The position numbers were made by a program, and so were the translations under genes. 62,248 bases of DNA from Negaprion brevirostris. Its lineage: Eukaryota. The stretch's first letter is position 1; each line of letters opens with the position of its first letter. The notes under the pieces were generated by a model that saw only the letters and a list, made by a program, of their open reading frames with translations, was not told the origin of the DNA and searched no databases. This document shows, piece after piece, positions 12,685 through 26,335 of the stretch. The stretch is from positions 39,800,270 through 39,862,517 of the forward strand of contig JARDVH010000115.1 of the NCBI GenBank assembly GCA_030324005.1, given 5' to 3'.

Positions 12685-13749
12685 CTGTATAAAGAAAGAA
12701 AATAAAATGAGTCTAATACTAATGATTTCCATCCTTTGCACTCTGAGGAAGATATCAGTTATTTTGTTGACTAAGTAGACAGCAATGTGACTTTGGAAAC
12801 TGATGAGCTGTTGTTTCAATGGACGTGGATTTCAACCAAATCCAACTTGTTTTATGCTAAAATAAGACTACAGAGGGTCAACATTTACCTTCTTGAAGAC
12901 TATAACTGGCCCATGCCCAAGCCCAGTATCATCAATGGAAACAGCAGTAATGGATAATTGGAATCCTGTGCAACTCAACAATAATTCTTTCTGTTAAAAC
13001 CTGTGAGGACTCTTCAGTCAAAGCATTTTTTAATAAAATTAAGATCTTAGATGAAACATATTGTTATTCTCATTATGAAATATGGGTCAATGAGGCTAAT
13101 GGCACTGCCATTATAAAGAGTAAATCAGACAGCAACTTCCAGCAACTACATAAAAATCTACGTCAGGAAGTGTCTGCACAAGTTTCCCCGCACTAGCACA
13201 AACTTTGTTCTAACGGTACCTCGCCAAGAGGCTCACCAATGAAACACAGGAAGATGCAACGTTGTGATATTTGGCAACTAGTTACCCACTAAGCTAATCA
13301 GAAAGTTAAGCTTGTCCATTCAACTGTAATTGAATTTTTCAGAGTGTAGAAAGTATTAATTACTGACAACAAACTATCCAGCATTAATATTTACCTTCGA
13401 AAGTGTATTGTCTCATTCCTTCAGGTTTTAACTGTTGTTGGAAGCATGCAGAGTGGAAAGATTATGATGTTAGCCAATGTGTAATGCAGATTTGGCACTG
13501 AACTGCAGGTTCTATTAATGCCCTTCCTTAAACACGCACATGTGAGGGAATCCTTACTGGTCTTATTTAAAAAGACCACCTCAACTTTCAGGTGAGGTGT
13601 TTTCGACTTTCCTTTGCTGTTGCAGATTTGGTGGAAAGCACTGTGTATTGTGTTTGTGGAGAAACCCACAAAATTTTCACTCAAGGAGGAGTGGTGCTGC
13701 ACTTTAGCAGGGCGAGTATGGATTTGAAAGATGCCTACACAGGAAACTT

Positions 13750-14040
13750 GTTCCCAATCATGGCAGCTATAGTTGCTGCTTAATTTGTTTGTAGCACGTT
13801 GTGCATATGGAGCAGAGATGGAAGATAGGAGTAGTTGTTTACAGAAGGAGGAGGTGGCAGACTCTTAACAGAAGGTCAGACCCACCTACTATCATTGAGA
13901 ACTCTTCTCCACCTCAGCCAGCCGTAGTGTCTGCTGTAGCTATGCTTCATCAAGGAAGTGGTCACTGAACTGTGACACTTCCTTAAACCAAGTTTGCAAC
14001 AACAGAGCAGTTCAAGGACACTGTGTGAGGGCAGCGCTAC
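13750..14040 (+). mobile_element. Decayed PIF/Harbinger transposase-like fragment
   Basis: Partial translation CL..LCFIKEVVTEL*HFLKPSLQ resembles the N-terminal region of HARBI1-like transposases; stops and frameshifts present. Confidence 0.4.
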
Positions 14041-16148
14041 CTTCCTTTCTACTCCCTTCCTCCCTCCCTTAAACCCACTCTCAACCCATTCTGAAGGGGC
14101 CTGACAGGGTGGATATCAAATGGCTGTTTCCTGTGGCTGAGAAATCCAGAACATGGGGACAGAGTATCACGATAAGGAGCTGATCATTTAGGACTGAATT
14201 AAGGAGAAGTTTCTTAACTCATAGGGCCCAATTTTCCAGGCATGCTCACCCCAAAACCATAACATCCCACCAGAAGTCAATGAAGTTTTGCATGGCAGCT
14301 TCTCCTCCCCCATCCATCCACATACACACAATGATTCCCATAGCGGGCAGGATGGGAAAATTTTGGATGCATTTTTATGCCCCATCTAGTGCACACAGTG
14401 CATTGAAAAGATGGCTAGAGCATTTCTAGTGCCATAGGTAGTGGGCAAGTCTTAGTTCATTAGCCAGCAGCAGGGGCAGCTATTGGGCATGTGCAGACCT
14501 CTGATGCTGCATATACACAATAGCAACAGCAAAGGACTGATAGAGAAAGAGATCTAACTGCTACAGTCAGGCTGAACACAATCCCTGCCCCGCTGCAATC
14601 GCGGGGGCCTGTGGCCGATTGTGAGCCCCACACTGTCTGGAAATACAGCCCCCGCTGCCCTGAGCGATTGCCCACCCCACCAATCTGATGCAGCATGGCA
14701 GCAGGTCCCCCTCTCTCACCCTACTGATCTCAGGCAGAGTGGCAGCGGGCCTCCCTTCCTGCCACACCGATCGCAGGCAATTTGGATGATTCAGCGCAGG
14801 GCTCATTAGACAGATGCAAATCTTCATTTAAACAAATTTAATTACATTATTCAGTCTCTTACTAGAAATGGGTGAGAGGCTAACGTCGCTGGAAATCCAG
14901 CTCCTGTAAGATCGCGAGAGCCAAGAAATCCGGCATGATTTTGATTTCTCAGCTCTTATGCGATTTTACGGCTCACTCTGCCCATTGATGGTTGGGATGA
15001 ACTAGTGAAATTCTGTCCTGTATATTCAAAAAATTTATCCTTATTGCTATTTTTTTGAAACTGACTCTTCTACTGATCAAATAGATGGCTGCTACAAGTC
15101 ACCTAACACAAGGTTGGTCTATTGTCTGGGGACTGTCCCCAGCGACGTCAGGGACAAAATGATTCTTTTCTCAGCTTCTGGAATTTCACACTTCATTGTA
15201 CAAACCTCTTGTAATTATTGAAAGCAGCGGAAGTGTAAGAAAACTGATTCCCTCATCCCGAGCTATCACAATAGAGATCAAAACTCATTATACTGAAAAG
15301 AGATGTCAACAACTACCTCACCTCGATCCTAAGGAGGAACAATGGAATTCTGGCCAAAAGCACACAAACTACTCATTAAGCTGCAATTAACTATTAACAA
15401 GCCATGTCAGATTATCCATGCCTCTGGCCTTTTGGACAGTTTTAACATCGTATCTTTGAGTCTTAGAGGCAATTTGCAGTTGTCACATTCAACTGGCAAG
15501 CCACCAAGAAGCAGGTTCCTCCTGGGAGGACCATAGTCTGTCCACCAAACCTGACTCTGTTAGAAGAATTCAAAACTTCACCTGGAGAACCTGTGTATCT
15601 ACTTCATCCTGTGATATCAGCACCAACTGAAAAGTGAAAACTATGGCGCTGGTCTTCAGCTACCTGAACTCAAATGCCTATTGGCACCCTCCCTGCCTGT
15701 CCCCCCAACCCACTGGCCTAGTTTCACTGGTGTTTTTGGAGATATTGGTGACATTCCCACAATGCCAATGAGCATTTGTCCTGCCCCACTGCCCTCTCAC
15801 CTTCAGTAGGGTCAGCTGCAGCAACTGCGTACCAATGCATTAAGAAGCACCCCATCACACCGCCACCTACCCATTCTGTGACCACCCTAATGGATGTTCA
15901 GAACTTAAACCTCTTCTATTTAGAATACTTGCCCTAATGGTTAATTAGAAGTTACAATTCAAATAAAGGAATGAGCATTCCTTTGTGAAATAATCTTTTT
16001 TAAATTAAGAATTATAAACTGAATACATGAAAAATAACTTGCATTTCGATAGCATTTCCAAGCACTTAGGACATCTCAATATTCTTCACAGTTAACTAAC
16101 TACTTTTGAAATGTTATCAGTCAAGAAAGGTCACTGAACTGAAACATT

Positions 16149-16297
16149 GGGTGGGAATATCCAGCCCCAGCACTAAAAAGCATTGTCGTGGGCAGGACAG
16201 GAACATTTGGAGAGTTATTAAAAGTCAATGGCTCTCCAAATTTTCCCAAGCCAACTGCAGCGCTGCTCATTGATATCAAAGCTGGAAAATTCCACCC
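16149..16297. mobile_element. MITE, PIF/Harbinger type
   Basis: TIRs GGGTGGGAATATCCAGC / GCTGGAAAATTCCACCC with 3-bp direct flanks att/att. Confidence 0.75.
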
Positions 16298-16633
16298 ATT
16301 AAGTCTATCTCCTTCTCCACAGATGCGGCCTGACATTCTGAGTGTTTCTAGCATTTGCAAAGTAATTATTTTATAGTAGAAAATTAACACATGACTGGAT
16401 ATCTAATAGAGGGAGTTTAAGAAAAACTTTGTATATTTTAACTTCTTTGTCTAGCATGTGTATACTTAGAAATGAGACATAATAAATATTAGCATGAGCT
16501 TTATGATTAATTAAGGGATGCTAAGGACAGTCCTTTAGGGTCCTCAATGTTGTTCATCTAAAACAACTTACTTCACGGATACCAATTCACACAACAGTTT
16601 ATATAGAATGTTGGTTTTGGAAACAAACTATAC

Positions 16634-16854
16634 TGTAACAACTGCTTTCACTGTGTATATGTGTTCAATGGTAATTAGAGTTCTCTAAAATTACACTGAA
16701 TTGTGCACTAAGGATCTAAAATCTTACTCATCAAAACATATTGTAATAACTGCTTTCACTGTGTAAATGTGTTCAATGATAACTACAGTTTTTTAGCATT
16801 ACACTGAATTGTGCATTCTGATTCACTAAATCTTATTTATCCGAATATTGTAAA
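16634..16854. repeat. Two-copy tandem duplication, 108-bp period
   Basis: tgtaa(c/t)aactgctttcactgtgta(t/a)atgtgttcaatg...ttacactgaattgtgca starts at 16634 and 16742. Confidence 0.9.
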
Positions 16855-16984
16855 TGTGCAATTAAAACTTAAAAATCATGAAGCAAATTGTAATACAGGT
16901 TATGTAAGATTTGTTTTGTTATTTTCAGGATTATTAATATACTTTAGAAAACTATTCGTTTTAAAGAAGCATTAAATCACATAC

Positions 16985-17177
16985 CTAACCAAAGGCCAGC
17001 AATACCACAGAGGTAAGCCCAAGGCAAAGCAGAAAATGAGGACCAGTACTCCACTTTCGTAAAATACAGTATAACTGGTGCAGATGATATGAAAATTAAA
17101 TTGAAGAAACCTAGCGTAGAAATGAAATAGGCAGCTTCTCCAAAATTTGCACTTCCAAGAAACATTTTAAATAGAAC
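16985..17177 (-). CDS. SLC35F4: SLC35F4 coding exon (193 bp)
   Basis: VLFKMFLGSANFGEAAYFISTLGFFNLIFISSAPVILYFTKVEYWSSFSALPWAYLCGIAGLWL; acceptor tcttccag|GTT, donor TTAG|gtatgt. Confidence 0.96.
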
Positions 17178-18364
17178 CTGGAAGACATAAGAAAATCAAA
17201 ATGAGGCCATTTTGTAATGGTGTATGTTCATCAGAAACTCCTGAATAAGATTTATTTAATGGTAAAAGCAAATTGCAATCAACTATTTAATCAACCAAGC
17301 TTTGAAGTGTAGTTACCCAATATCTGTATTCATTGTGTACTTTACAAATATGGAGAAGGGCCTATGTATGCCAGCAATAACATTTCACTGTGTTGTCGAG
17401 GATAAAAAAAACTACTTTGATTATCAAAGGGCAACGTATAGGATATGAAATTTAACTGCTGAGAGAAGCGTTACCAGACCCATGCTCTAGCTGATCCCTC
17501 CAAAAGAAAGAGACCAACTAGGGAGCAAGAAAGTGTACCTCGACCAAAAATTAATCATTTATTGTTTATAATGGTGTTGTACATTCTGCACATACTTTGA
17601 TTATTGCTATTAAAACTTGTTGACCATTCCCTATTTGAGGCACAAGTGAGCCTTGTTTTCCAGCAAGAAGACTATCTTAGTCTATCTTAGACTATCTTAG
17701 TCTTCTATCCTTCAGACCAAAAGTAACAATGTTGTTGGAATTAACATGTGCATTGAAAACAGGGTCCATGTTTTTCAGAATAAATCATCAATGTGATTCT
17801 AGAATAACAATAAATTAAAGTTATTATTGTAATTATAGAATCATTTCATTAGAACAAGTAATAATGAATATGGTGACAGCAATAAATTGAAGGGTTGAAA
17901 CCAATTTTAACACCAAGATACGATCTAGTTTTGAAGAGTCAGTAGAAAACACTTTCCAAGATCTAGTTTCAAAGAGTCAGTAGAAATCAACCAATGAAAA
18001 CTCTACAGCAAATTCGTCCTCTTGTATCTCATGAACTATAAAAAAGCCTTCAAATCAACACAGTTGTGCTCTTAAAATATTTTCAGAACAGCATAAATTA
18101 TATCACCAAACTTATTTATTAGAAATATGAATTAATTTGCATTAAATCATCTCAAAATATGTTTTTGCATCACTTGCATGGTACAATCTTGACAAATTGA
18201 TACATTATTTTATTCAGCCTTTTCCATCCTGCAAATCAAGTTTTTGATATATTTACTTTTTCCAGGTTAGCATGTTTGTTCTGGGAAATAAAACAAAGGG
18301 AAGTAAAATTTCTTCAATCCTACCCGAGAAAGGACCCAATCACAGATAAACATCCCAAACTGCA

Positions 18365-19325
18365 TTGAAGGACAAAGGACAATAGAGCACAGGAAACAGG
18401 CCTTCCAAGCCTGCGCCCTCATTGGTCCAACTAAATCATTCGCTTGTATCCCTTCATTCCCAGTCAGTTCATGCGGCTACCCAGATAAGTCTTAAACAAT
18501 CCCAGTGTGTCCGCCTCCACCACCCTGCTTGGGAATGCATTCCAGGCCCCCACCACCCTCTGTGTAAAATACGTCCCTCTGATATCTGAGTTAAACTTCG
18601 CCCCCCTCACCTTGAACCTCTGGTCCCTCATGTTCGTCGCCTCCNNNNNNNNNNNNNNNNNNNNNNNNNNNNNNNNNNNNNNNNNNNNNNNNNNNNNNNN
18701 NNNNNNNNNNNNNNNNNNNNNNNNNNNNNNNNNNNNNNNNNNNNNNNNNNNNNNNNNNNNNNNNNNNNNNNNNNNNNNNNNNNNNNNNNNNNNNNNNNNN
18801 NNNNNNNNNNNNNNNNNNNNNNNNNNNNNNNNNNNNNNNNNNNNNNNNNNNNNNNNNNNNNNNNNNNNNNNNNNNNNNNNNNNNNNNNNNNNNNNNNNNN
18901 NNNNNNNNNNNNNNNNNNNNNNNNNNNNNNNNNNNNNNNNNNNNNNNNNNNNNNNNNNNNNNNNNNNNNNNNNNNNNNNNNNNNNNNNNNNNNNNNNNNN
19001 NNNNNNNNNNNNNNNNNNNNNNNNNNNNNNNNNNNNNNNNNNNNNNNNNNNNNNNNNNNNNNNNNNNNNNNNNNNNNNNNNNNNNNNNNNNNNNNNNNNN
19101 NNNNNNNNNNNNNNNNNNNNNNNNNNNNNNNNNNNNNNNNNNNNNNNNNNNNNNNNNNNNNNNNNNNNNNNNNNNNNNNNNNNNNNNNNNNNNNNNNNNN
19201 NNNNNNNNNNNNNNNNNNNNNNNNNNNNNNNNNNNNNNNNNNNATCTTTGTGTCGTCTGCAAACTTACTGATCATACCAGTTACACCTTCTTCCAAATCA
19301 TTTATATCTATCACAAATAGAAATG
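18365..19325 (-). mobile_element. CR1 LINE 3' portion spanning gap
   Basis: FVIDINDLEEGVTGMISKFADDTK at 19245-19325; 3' end at 18365-18644. Confidence 0.88.
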
Positions 19326-20401
19326 TCATCATTGTGACATTTTAAATTTCTACATCCTAAACTTGCCTCTTACAAAATTGCAAATCACATGCAAAATTAC
19401 TATAAATTACACTATAGCTGTCAGGAAAGAATCCAAAGTATAGACCAGTAAAATGGTAAATGTAGTCCTGATTTAAGTTTGTATTCATATTAACAGCTAT
19501 CAGTACATGAAATGGAGTAAGGATCAATGGAATGCTGCAATGGCGAGACTTTCGGATCATGAACACAGGTCAAACAGCTTTCCTCTCTGTAATTATTTTA
19601 TGATTCAGTAGATACTTCCTTTTTTGTCTTAGTCATATTTTAAGTTGAAGCAATAATTGTTTTATTTTGAAGCAATGAATCTTTTCTGTGCTGTTCTTAT
19701 ATTTTACATAGTTCAACACATTTACCACAGAATTATTTCCTTTCAAGACTAAACAGCCATTGTTTTTTCCATCCTTAGTGATAATTCAGTCTTGTGATGA
19801 CAACGATCAATCAATCCCATAGCAACACGTGTATTCTAATAAGTTAGTTTATTTCATTTGACTTGCCAACCTTCATTCAGTCATGGATTGTGCATTTAGT
19901 CCTACTCACTGAGAGCAAGTAACTATTTTTATTTGTTATGAACCAAGGATAAAAGGTCAAGGCCCATTTGACAGGGTAGCCATAATATTGATCAAAGGAG
20001 AAACAAGAATAAAAATTATACAAGGATACAATCAAAAGTTGCATTTCTGAAAGAATAGTCCCATTGTTAGATATTTTGATGCGAGAGTCAATTGAGTGCA
20101 GGTTAATTTTGAGTGTCTGCATCTTCTTTGACCTCCCAGCTGGCCACCAGTATGTACAACCCTAAAACCAGATGACAGTCATTGGAATTGCTAAGTCAAG
20201 GTCCACTTTTCTGGCACATAACAGTTCAAATTGCATGAAACAGTGATGCTTAATTTTATATGGTCAGAGTAAATATGAATTGGCTAAGTTTGAGGGTCTT
20301 CTGGTTCCATGTCATATTCAGTCCTGTTCCTGTACAATCAGAGAATATAGTATAGGGGAATGCTCTCCATATTGTTGTTACAATTATGAGACTTAAAAGA
20401 T

Positions 20402-20513
20402 GGGTGGGATTATCTGGCCCCTCCCATGGCAGGATGTTCCGGTCCCATCAAAGTCATTTGGAATTTGAATGAATCGCCATATCTGCCAAGGGAAAAGTGG
20501 AAAAGTCTTGCCC
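20402..20513. mobile_element. MITE of the same TIR family
   Basis: gggtgggattatc ... gaaaagtcttgccc imperfect TIRs. Confidence 0.55.
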
Positions 20514-21235
20514 TATGTCTTTCATTTAAAATGGAAGGGTAATGTGACCTAATCAGATACCTGCCTGGCAGCAAGTCTGGGTGGTTTGATTGTTAGAGAT
20601 TAATAGGGGACAGATTGTTTAACTGGGAAGAAAGTGCAAGAAATCTTGAAGACAAGACCAGCATCTTGTCTGCGACAGTGGATAAACTGTGAGTCCACAA
20701 AGTCTCAGAAAACTGTTAATAATGTTGGGTAGCAAACAATTGTGTTTTAAATTATCCATTTACATACGAGATAAAAGACAATAGGGGTTCGTGGGATAAC
20801 TAATTAGCATTTCTACCAGGTTGCAAGGCAGATATTAACAGGGTGATGGAAAGGGTACAGAGAAAGCCAATGTGTAACAGGTTTTCCTAAAATATCACAG
20901 ACAGTTTAGACTGTCAATAATGAGGAGGGGGATAGCAGCTACAGGCAGCAAGCAATAAATGGTTTAACTTCTTCCACTGTAGACATTTTTGAAGAAACCA
21001 CAGCTGCCAATCAGGCTTAGAGTAAATGTAAGCATTGTGGTTAGGATTAATGGAGGTACTTGAGATGAATCCTCCAAGTGTGTATGGAAATATACATAAA
21101 CACAGCTTACTGCAGCCTGAGTAGAAATACACTAAGCTGCCTATGGAAGCCTCTTTCAAAGCACTGCACTTTGAAATTGACAGGTCAAAAGTTTCCAGTG
21201 GAGCAGAGGGGGTTTCAGAGTTTCCAGCTTGCTAG

Positions 21236-21314
21236 AAAGACTTCAAATCAAAGCTGTGTGAATATATTGGGGCTCAAAGACTTCAAATCAAAGCTGTGTG
21301 AATATATTGGGGCT
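21236..21314. repeat. Perfect 39-bp tandem duplication, 40-bp period
   Basis: aaagacttcaaatcaaagctgtgtgaatatattggggct at 21236-21274 and 21276-21314. Confidence 0.95.
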
Positions 21315-21879
21315 GAGAGCACAGCACTGGAGAATGGACTTCCTCCCTGACCCCAGTGCAACTGACATCTCCTCTCTGTCAGAGGACTTCAAAGTGGTCT
21401 GCTCACACTTGCAGCTTCCGGCAGAAAGGGAAATCTCTGCTGCAGAATGGAGTGCTGAGGAGATATTAAAGGCCAGGTGACCAGGGGGCATGCAGATTAA
21501 AGTGACCAGGCCACCTCTTAGTTTTCACAGCTGACAGATAGGAATAAAGATGTTGATCACAGGGTGACCTGAAATTAGCATGCCAAAGCACATGGCCCGA
21601 AGGGGAGCCTGAGTGGGCATCTGAGGGGGAAGACGGGCTGGGTGGGGGTCTGAGAAGAAGAGAGACTCTAGAGNNNNNNNNNNNNNNNNNNNNNNNNNNN
21701 NNNNNNNNNNNNNNNNNNNNNNNNNNNNNNNNNNNNNNNNNNNNNNNNNNNNNNNNNNNNNNNNNNNNNNNNNNNNNNNNNNNNNNNNNNNNNNNNNNNN
21801 NNNNNNNNNNNNNNNNNNNNNNNNNNNNNNNNNNNNNNNNNNNNNNNNNNNNNNNNNNNNNNNNNNNNNNNNNNNNNNN

Positions 21880-22100
21880 TTGGTGCTCCACTGGACTGTC
21901 GGGGTCTAGCATGCCGTGTCCACCTTTCTTTGGGTAACCAGCAAATTCAGCAACCATACATTCAATCCTTCATCCAAGTCACTGATATAGATTGTAAATA
22001 GTTGAGGACCCAGCACCCGAAAATTCTCTACTCTTGGCTTCCTTTTAGCTAACCAATTCTCTATTCATGCTAATAAGTAACTCTGTATATCATGAGCTCC
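21880..22100 (-). mobile_element. CR1 RT fragment
   Basis: Minus strand reads VLGPQLFTIYISDLDEG...MVAEFAG (degenerate SVLGP/FADD motifs). Confidence 0.7.
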
Positions 22101-22801
22101 AAAATAGGGCTAACTGCCATAATAAATGCCTACTTGGCTACCTGCAGCAGTTGGGCAGGAGTTGTTGCTGCTGGAAGTCCATCTCCAAGAAAAGTACGCG
22201 GAGTTGGGAACATGTGGCACACACAGCTGGGAAATTTAACCCTTTGTTGTTGTTTCTCCAGATAGAAGGTTGGGCTCCTTGAGGTAATCCAGCTCCACTC
22301 AAATTTTTGAATTTGTTCTGTTGACTTACAAGCACCACCATGCAGTTACGCACACTACAGCAACTCGGCAGATGGATCAGGTTCTCACAAAATGTTATTT
22401 TTTCTCACCAAATGATTTTTTTCTCCCTCAATCCAAACAAATATAGTATCACGAAGCAATTGCCCCAAAAGGAATTGGTTAACGTTCCAGCAAGTATAAT
22501 CTCTTGGGAGATTTATTAAATTCAGAAGGGCTGCTGACACTGCTAAGAGCTAAATTAAGCAGACTGTGAAATTCCCCAACTTAGTAAAGCTTGAGTAATC
22601 GGTTTCATTTCAAGATCCCTTGGTGTTCCTGGTGAGCTATGACTTTTTCAAAATACAGAAGTTTAACCAATCAACAGGCAGCAAGGCAGTGTGAATGTTA
22701 AGAGTCCTCAGTGGGTAGAGATTTGAATATTAGTATAAAATGGATAATATTGTGTCACAGACTATGGTACACCTGCCCAGTGTTCAGGTCTATTCATTTG
22801 A

Positions 22802-23097
22802 GGTGGCACAATGGCTGGCATTGCTGCCTCACAGCGTCAGGGACACGGGTTTGATTCCTGGCTTGGGTCACTGTCTGTGGAGCTTGCATGTTCTCTCTGT
22901 GTCAGAGTGGGTTTCCTCCAGGTGCTCCGGTTTCCTCCCACAATCCAAAGATGTACTGGTTAAATAATTGGCCGTGCTAAATTCTCCCTCAGTGTACCTG
23001 AACATGTGCCAGAGTGTGGCAACTAGGGAGTTTTCACAGTAACTTCATTGCAATGTGAATGTAAGCCTACTTGTGATTAATAAATTAACTTTAACTT
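22802..23097 (+). mobile_element. Full-length tRNA-headed SINE, alternative-tail type
   Basis: A box ggtggcacaatgg, B box gggtttgattcc, central gggtttcctccaggtgctccggtttcctccca, tail ...aatgtaagcctacttgtgattaataaa. Confidence 0.88.
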
Positions 23098-24444
23098 GAA
23101 TAGGATTTATTAGAATAATGAGCAGCCAATATGATACTGCCTGTGTGTGTGCTAACAACTCAAATTTTTACCCCATACACCAATCTCCTCTAACACTGTA
23201 AGCATCAATATAAGTTCCATTCTGTTTTATTCTGAGCCTTTTTTTAAGGTTTGAAATCACAGAACCAATCAGTAGTAGCATGGAGTATGTTACAAGATCA
23301 AGAGTTAAGCTAAATGAACAGGTTTCTCAGAAAGGTATTTGGTGACTGATGCCAATTTGACCTCATTATCTCTTTTCTGCTCATTAATGTAGTATGGCTA
23401 TGGAAACAGCATGGGCTACCTGGCCTGCAGCTATCAGTAAGATACACCCTTGTGGTGATTCCAACGTGTTTGTAATAAAATTGAATAGTGGGAGATACCG
23501 GCATAACAATCCTTGGAAATCATTTCTGCAAATTAATAATAGTTTGTGCTNNNNNNNNNNNNNNNNNNNNNNNNNNNNNNNNNNNNNNNNNNNNNNNNGT
23601 AACTAGTATCAAGATAATTTGCCAGCTGTGAAATTAGAAAACTAAGGGCCCTATTCTAGTTCTACTCTGATCAAGCCTCTTAGTCCAGTATTTCTAATTG
23701 AGTGTTTTGGCCATTTCCTTTTATGTTTTTATATGAAGAAGATAAAGAACTTCTAATTCTATAGCACCTTTTACATCCTAAGGATATCCCAAAGTGTTGC
23801 ACAGCCAATAGAAGGAAAGCTAACAATTGACAGTGACCCTCACAATTGTATCTCAGTCTTATATTGACAATACATGGCACAGCACTGGACAGTGGCAAAT
23901 GTAATACTATTTTCCAAGATGGTTAATTAGTTTAAAATTTGTGGTTGTAAAATATTGGGATCCTTAATCGAGAATGGAATGACAACATATCTAAACAAAA
24001 AGCAAAGAACTGAATGTCAGTAACACTAACTTCCGAAAAGAATATCATGTGATAATCTTTTGAGGAGATGCTAGATGGATAATACAGTGAATGTGATGTA
24101 TGTTAACTTTGAAAAGATGTACAGAGCAGACGATTGCAGAGGGTGAAGGGATATGGATTAAACAGAAGGCTAGAAAACCAAATTGAAAATTGGGGAGAAG
24201 GTTTAAAGTCAGGTTCCCAGTGATTGATAGTGGTGTCTCAAAGTTCTATTTTAGGAACCTTAAGTTTATTGATTTGAATACGGAATAGAAGGAGTAGTGT
24301 CCTTTGTTTCAGATGATGCTAAAAAAACGGTGTCAATGAGCAAAATTTTAGCTGAATTTGCCCCTTCATACTGGGATTTAGTAGAAGTCTGTTTGGGAGG
24401 GAGGCTTGGAGGGCAGCAGGTTGGGACCTGATTGTGGGAGCAGT

Positions 24445-24745
24445 GGGAGACACGGTGGAATAATAGTTAGCACTAATGCCTCACAGCTCCGGAAACCCGA
24501 GTTCGATTCCAGCCTTGTGTGACTCTCTATGTGGAGTTTACACGTTCTCCCCATGTCTGCTTGTATTTCCTCTGGATGCTCTGATTTCCTCCCACATCCA
24601 AAGATGTTTAGGTTAGGTGGATTAGTCACAATAAATGCACTGGGTTACAGGAATAGGGCAGGGAGAGGTGGGCCTGGATAAGATGCTCTTTTGCAGATTC
24701 GATGAGCTGAATGGCCTCCTTCTGCACTGCAAGAATTCTACGATT
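24445..24745 (+). mobile_element. Full-length HE1-like SINE (CR1 tail)
   Basis: B box gagttcgattcc; tail gctgaatggcctccttctgcactgcaagaattctacgatt. Confidence 0.85.
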
Positions 24746-24934
24746 TAACTTAGCCATGAAATTAGTATCTTGCTTCTGGGTGTCCTGACCAATCTCAGAA
24801 TGTGGAAATGAGGATGACCCACTCCTATAATTGAAGAATCTCTAATTAGTGAGACAATGGCAGGAGTTGGGGGGATTGGAATGGATACATTGAACATTGT
24901 TTTAGAAGGTTGCAGGAAGAAGAATGGAAGCACA

Positions 24935-26335
24935 GTGCGGGAAGGCTGCCCCTAGTTTTCTGATATTCCCTGGAGATGAAGCTGGAGGCAGTGAGGACTC
25001 AAAGAAGCGTACTGTTTCCTGCAGAAGGGAGAAAAAGGCAAGCAACACAATCTAAACAGGCATGGCTGGAAATCTCAAAAGTAGAAAGCAGCAGAAGTGT
25101 GGGCTCAGGTTTAAGGACCTCAGAATGGCAGAAAAAGGAAGTGGTAATCGATTTTCATNNNNNNNNNNNNNNNNNNNNNNNNNNNNNNNNNNNNNNNNNN
25201 NNNNNNNNNNNNNNNNNNNNNNNNNNNNNNNNNNNNNNNNNNNNNNNNNNNNNNNNNNNNNNNNNNNNNNNNNNNNNNNNNNNNNNNNNNNNNNNNNNNN
25301 NNNNNNNNNNNNNNNNNNNNNNNNNNNNNNNNNNNNNNNNNNNNNNNNNNNNNNNNNNNNNNNNNNNNNNNNNNNNNNNNNNNNNNNNNNNNNNNNNNNN
25401 NNNNNNNNNNNNNNNNNNNNNNNNNNNNNNNNNNNNNNNNNNNNNNNNNNNNNNNNNNNNNNNNNNNNNNNNNNNNNNNNNNNNNNNNNNNNNNNNNNNN
25501 NNNNNNNNNNNNNNNNNNNNNNNNNNNNNNNNNNNNNNNNNNNNNNNNNNNNNNNNNNNNNNNNNNNNNNNNNNNNNNNNNNNNNNNNNNNNNNNNNNNN
25601 NNNNNNNNNNNNNNNNNNNNNNNNNNNNNNNNNNNGTCATTGCTTTTTTAATTGGTCGGCGCAACATCGTGGGCTGAAGGGCCTGTTCTGCGCTGTAATG
25701 TTCTATGTTCTACATCCTTTGATCTCATTCACCCCAAAAGCTACATTTAACTCCTTACCTAGCAATCACTCATATTGAATTAGTGTCACCAGCAATTGAA
25801 ATGTCAAGATTTGCGCAATGTGGATTTTGAACATTTTTCTACATGACAGTTTTCATCAATCTCTTTGGTCACCCATAGGTCCTTCAAGAGGAAGAATTCT
25901 TAGCTGCACATTCCCTTATGTGTTTATAATAAAGTCATTGTTGTTACGTATTTATAATTGTAAACAAATCAAGCACTTTATTCAAACTCTCCATTATTCT
26001 GCCTTCTCTGTTGCTGCATTCTAACTTTCAAATGGACATTAGTCTTCAGGAGAATAGTATCACCGGAGTGGAGGATGAGCAAACTGTGTGATTGTGATGG
26101 AAAGATTTATCACTGTTGTGTGGGGCAAGATGATTTAGCACTGGAGTGTCATATGGTTTAATGTACTCTGTTTATCTGCAGCATCCCTGGTAAACTAGCC
26201 ACATCAAGCTCTTCCTCTTTCTTGGACAATGCTAGGCAGTCTGCACCTTTCTCCTGTGCAAAACACAACAGGCCACAACCATTCTAGAGACCCTGGCCAG
26301 AGCATACTGAATGAAGGGCACCTCCAGATCTGACA
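24935..26335. mobile_element. Fossil PIF/Harbinger element: Myb/SANT-like fragment (+, about 24935-25110) and DDE transposase C-terminal fragment (-, about 26240-26335), with CR1 3' end at 25636-25715
   Basis: Plus strand RKAAPSFSDIPLEMKLEAVRTQRSVLFP...KQAWLEIS; minus strand RSGGAL(fs)QYALARVSRMVVACCVLH. Confidence 0.55.

Noticed and set aside
5130-25778. Long ORFs at 5130-5576, 18507-19332, 21466-21957 and 24976-25778
   Set aside because: Their length comes from N gaps (X runs); the real parts are TE fragments.
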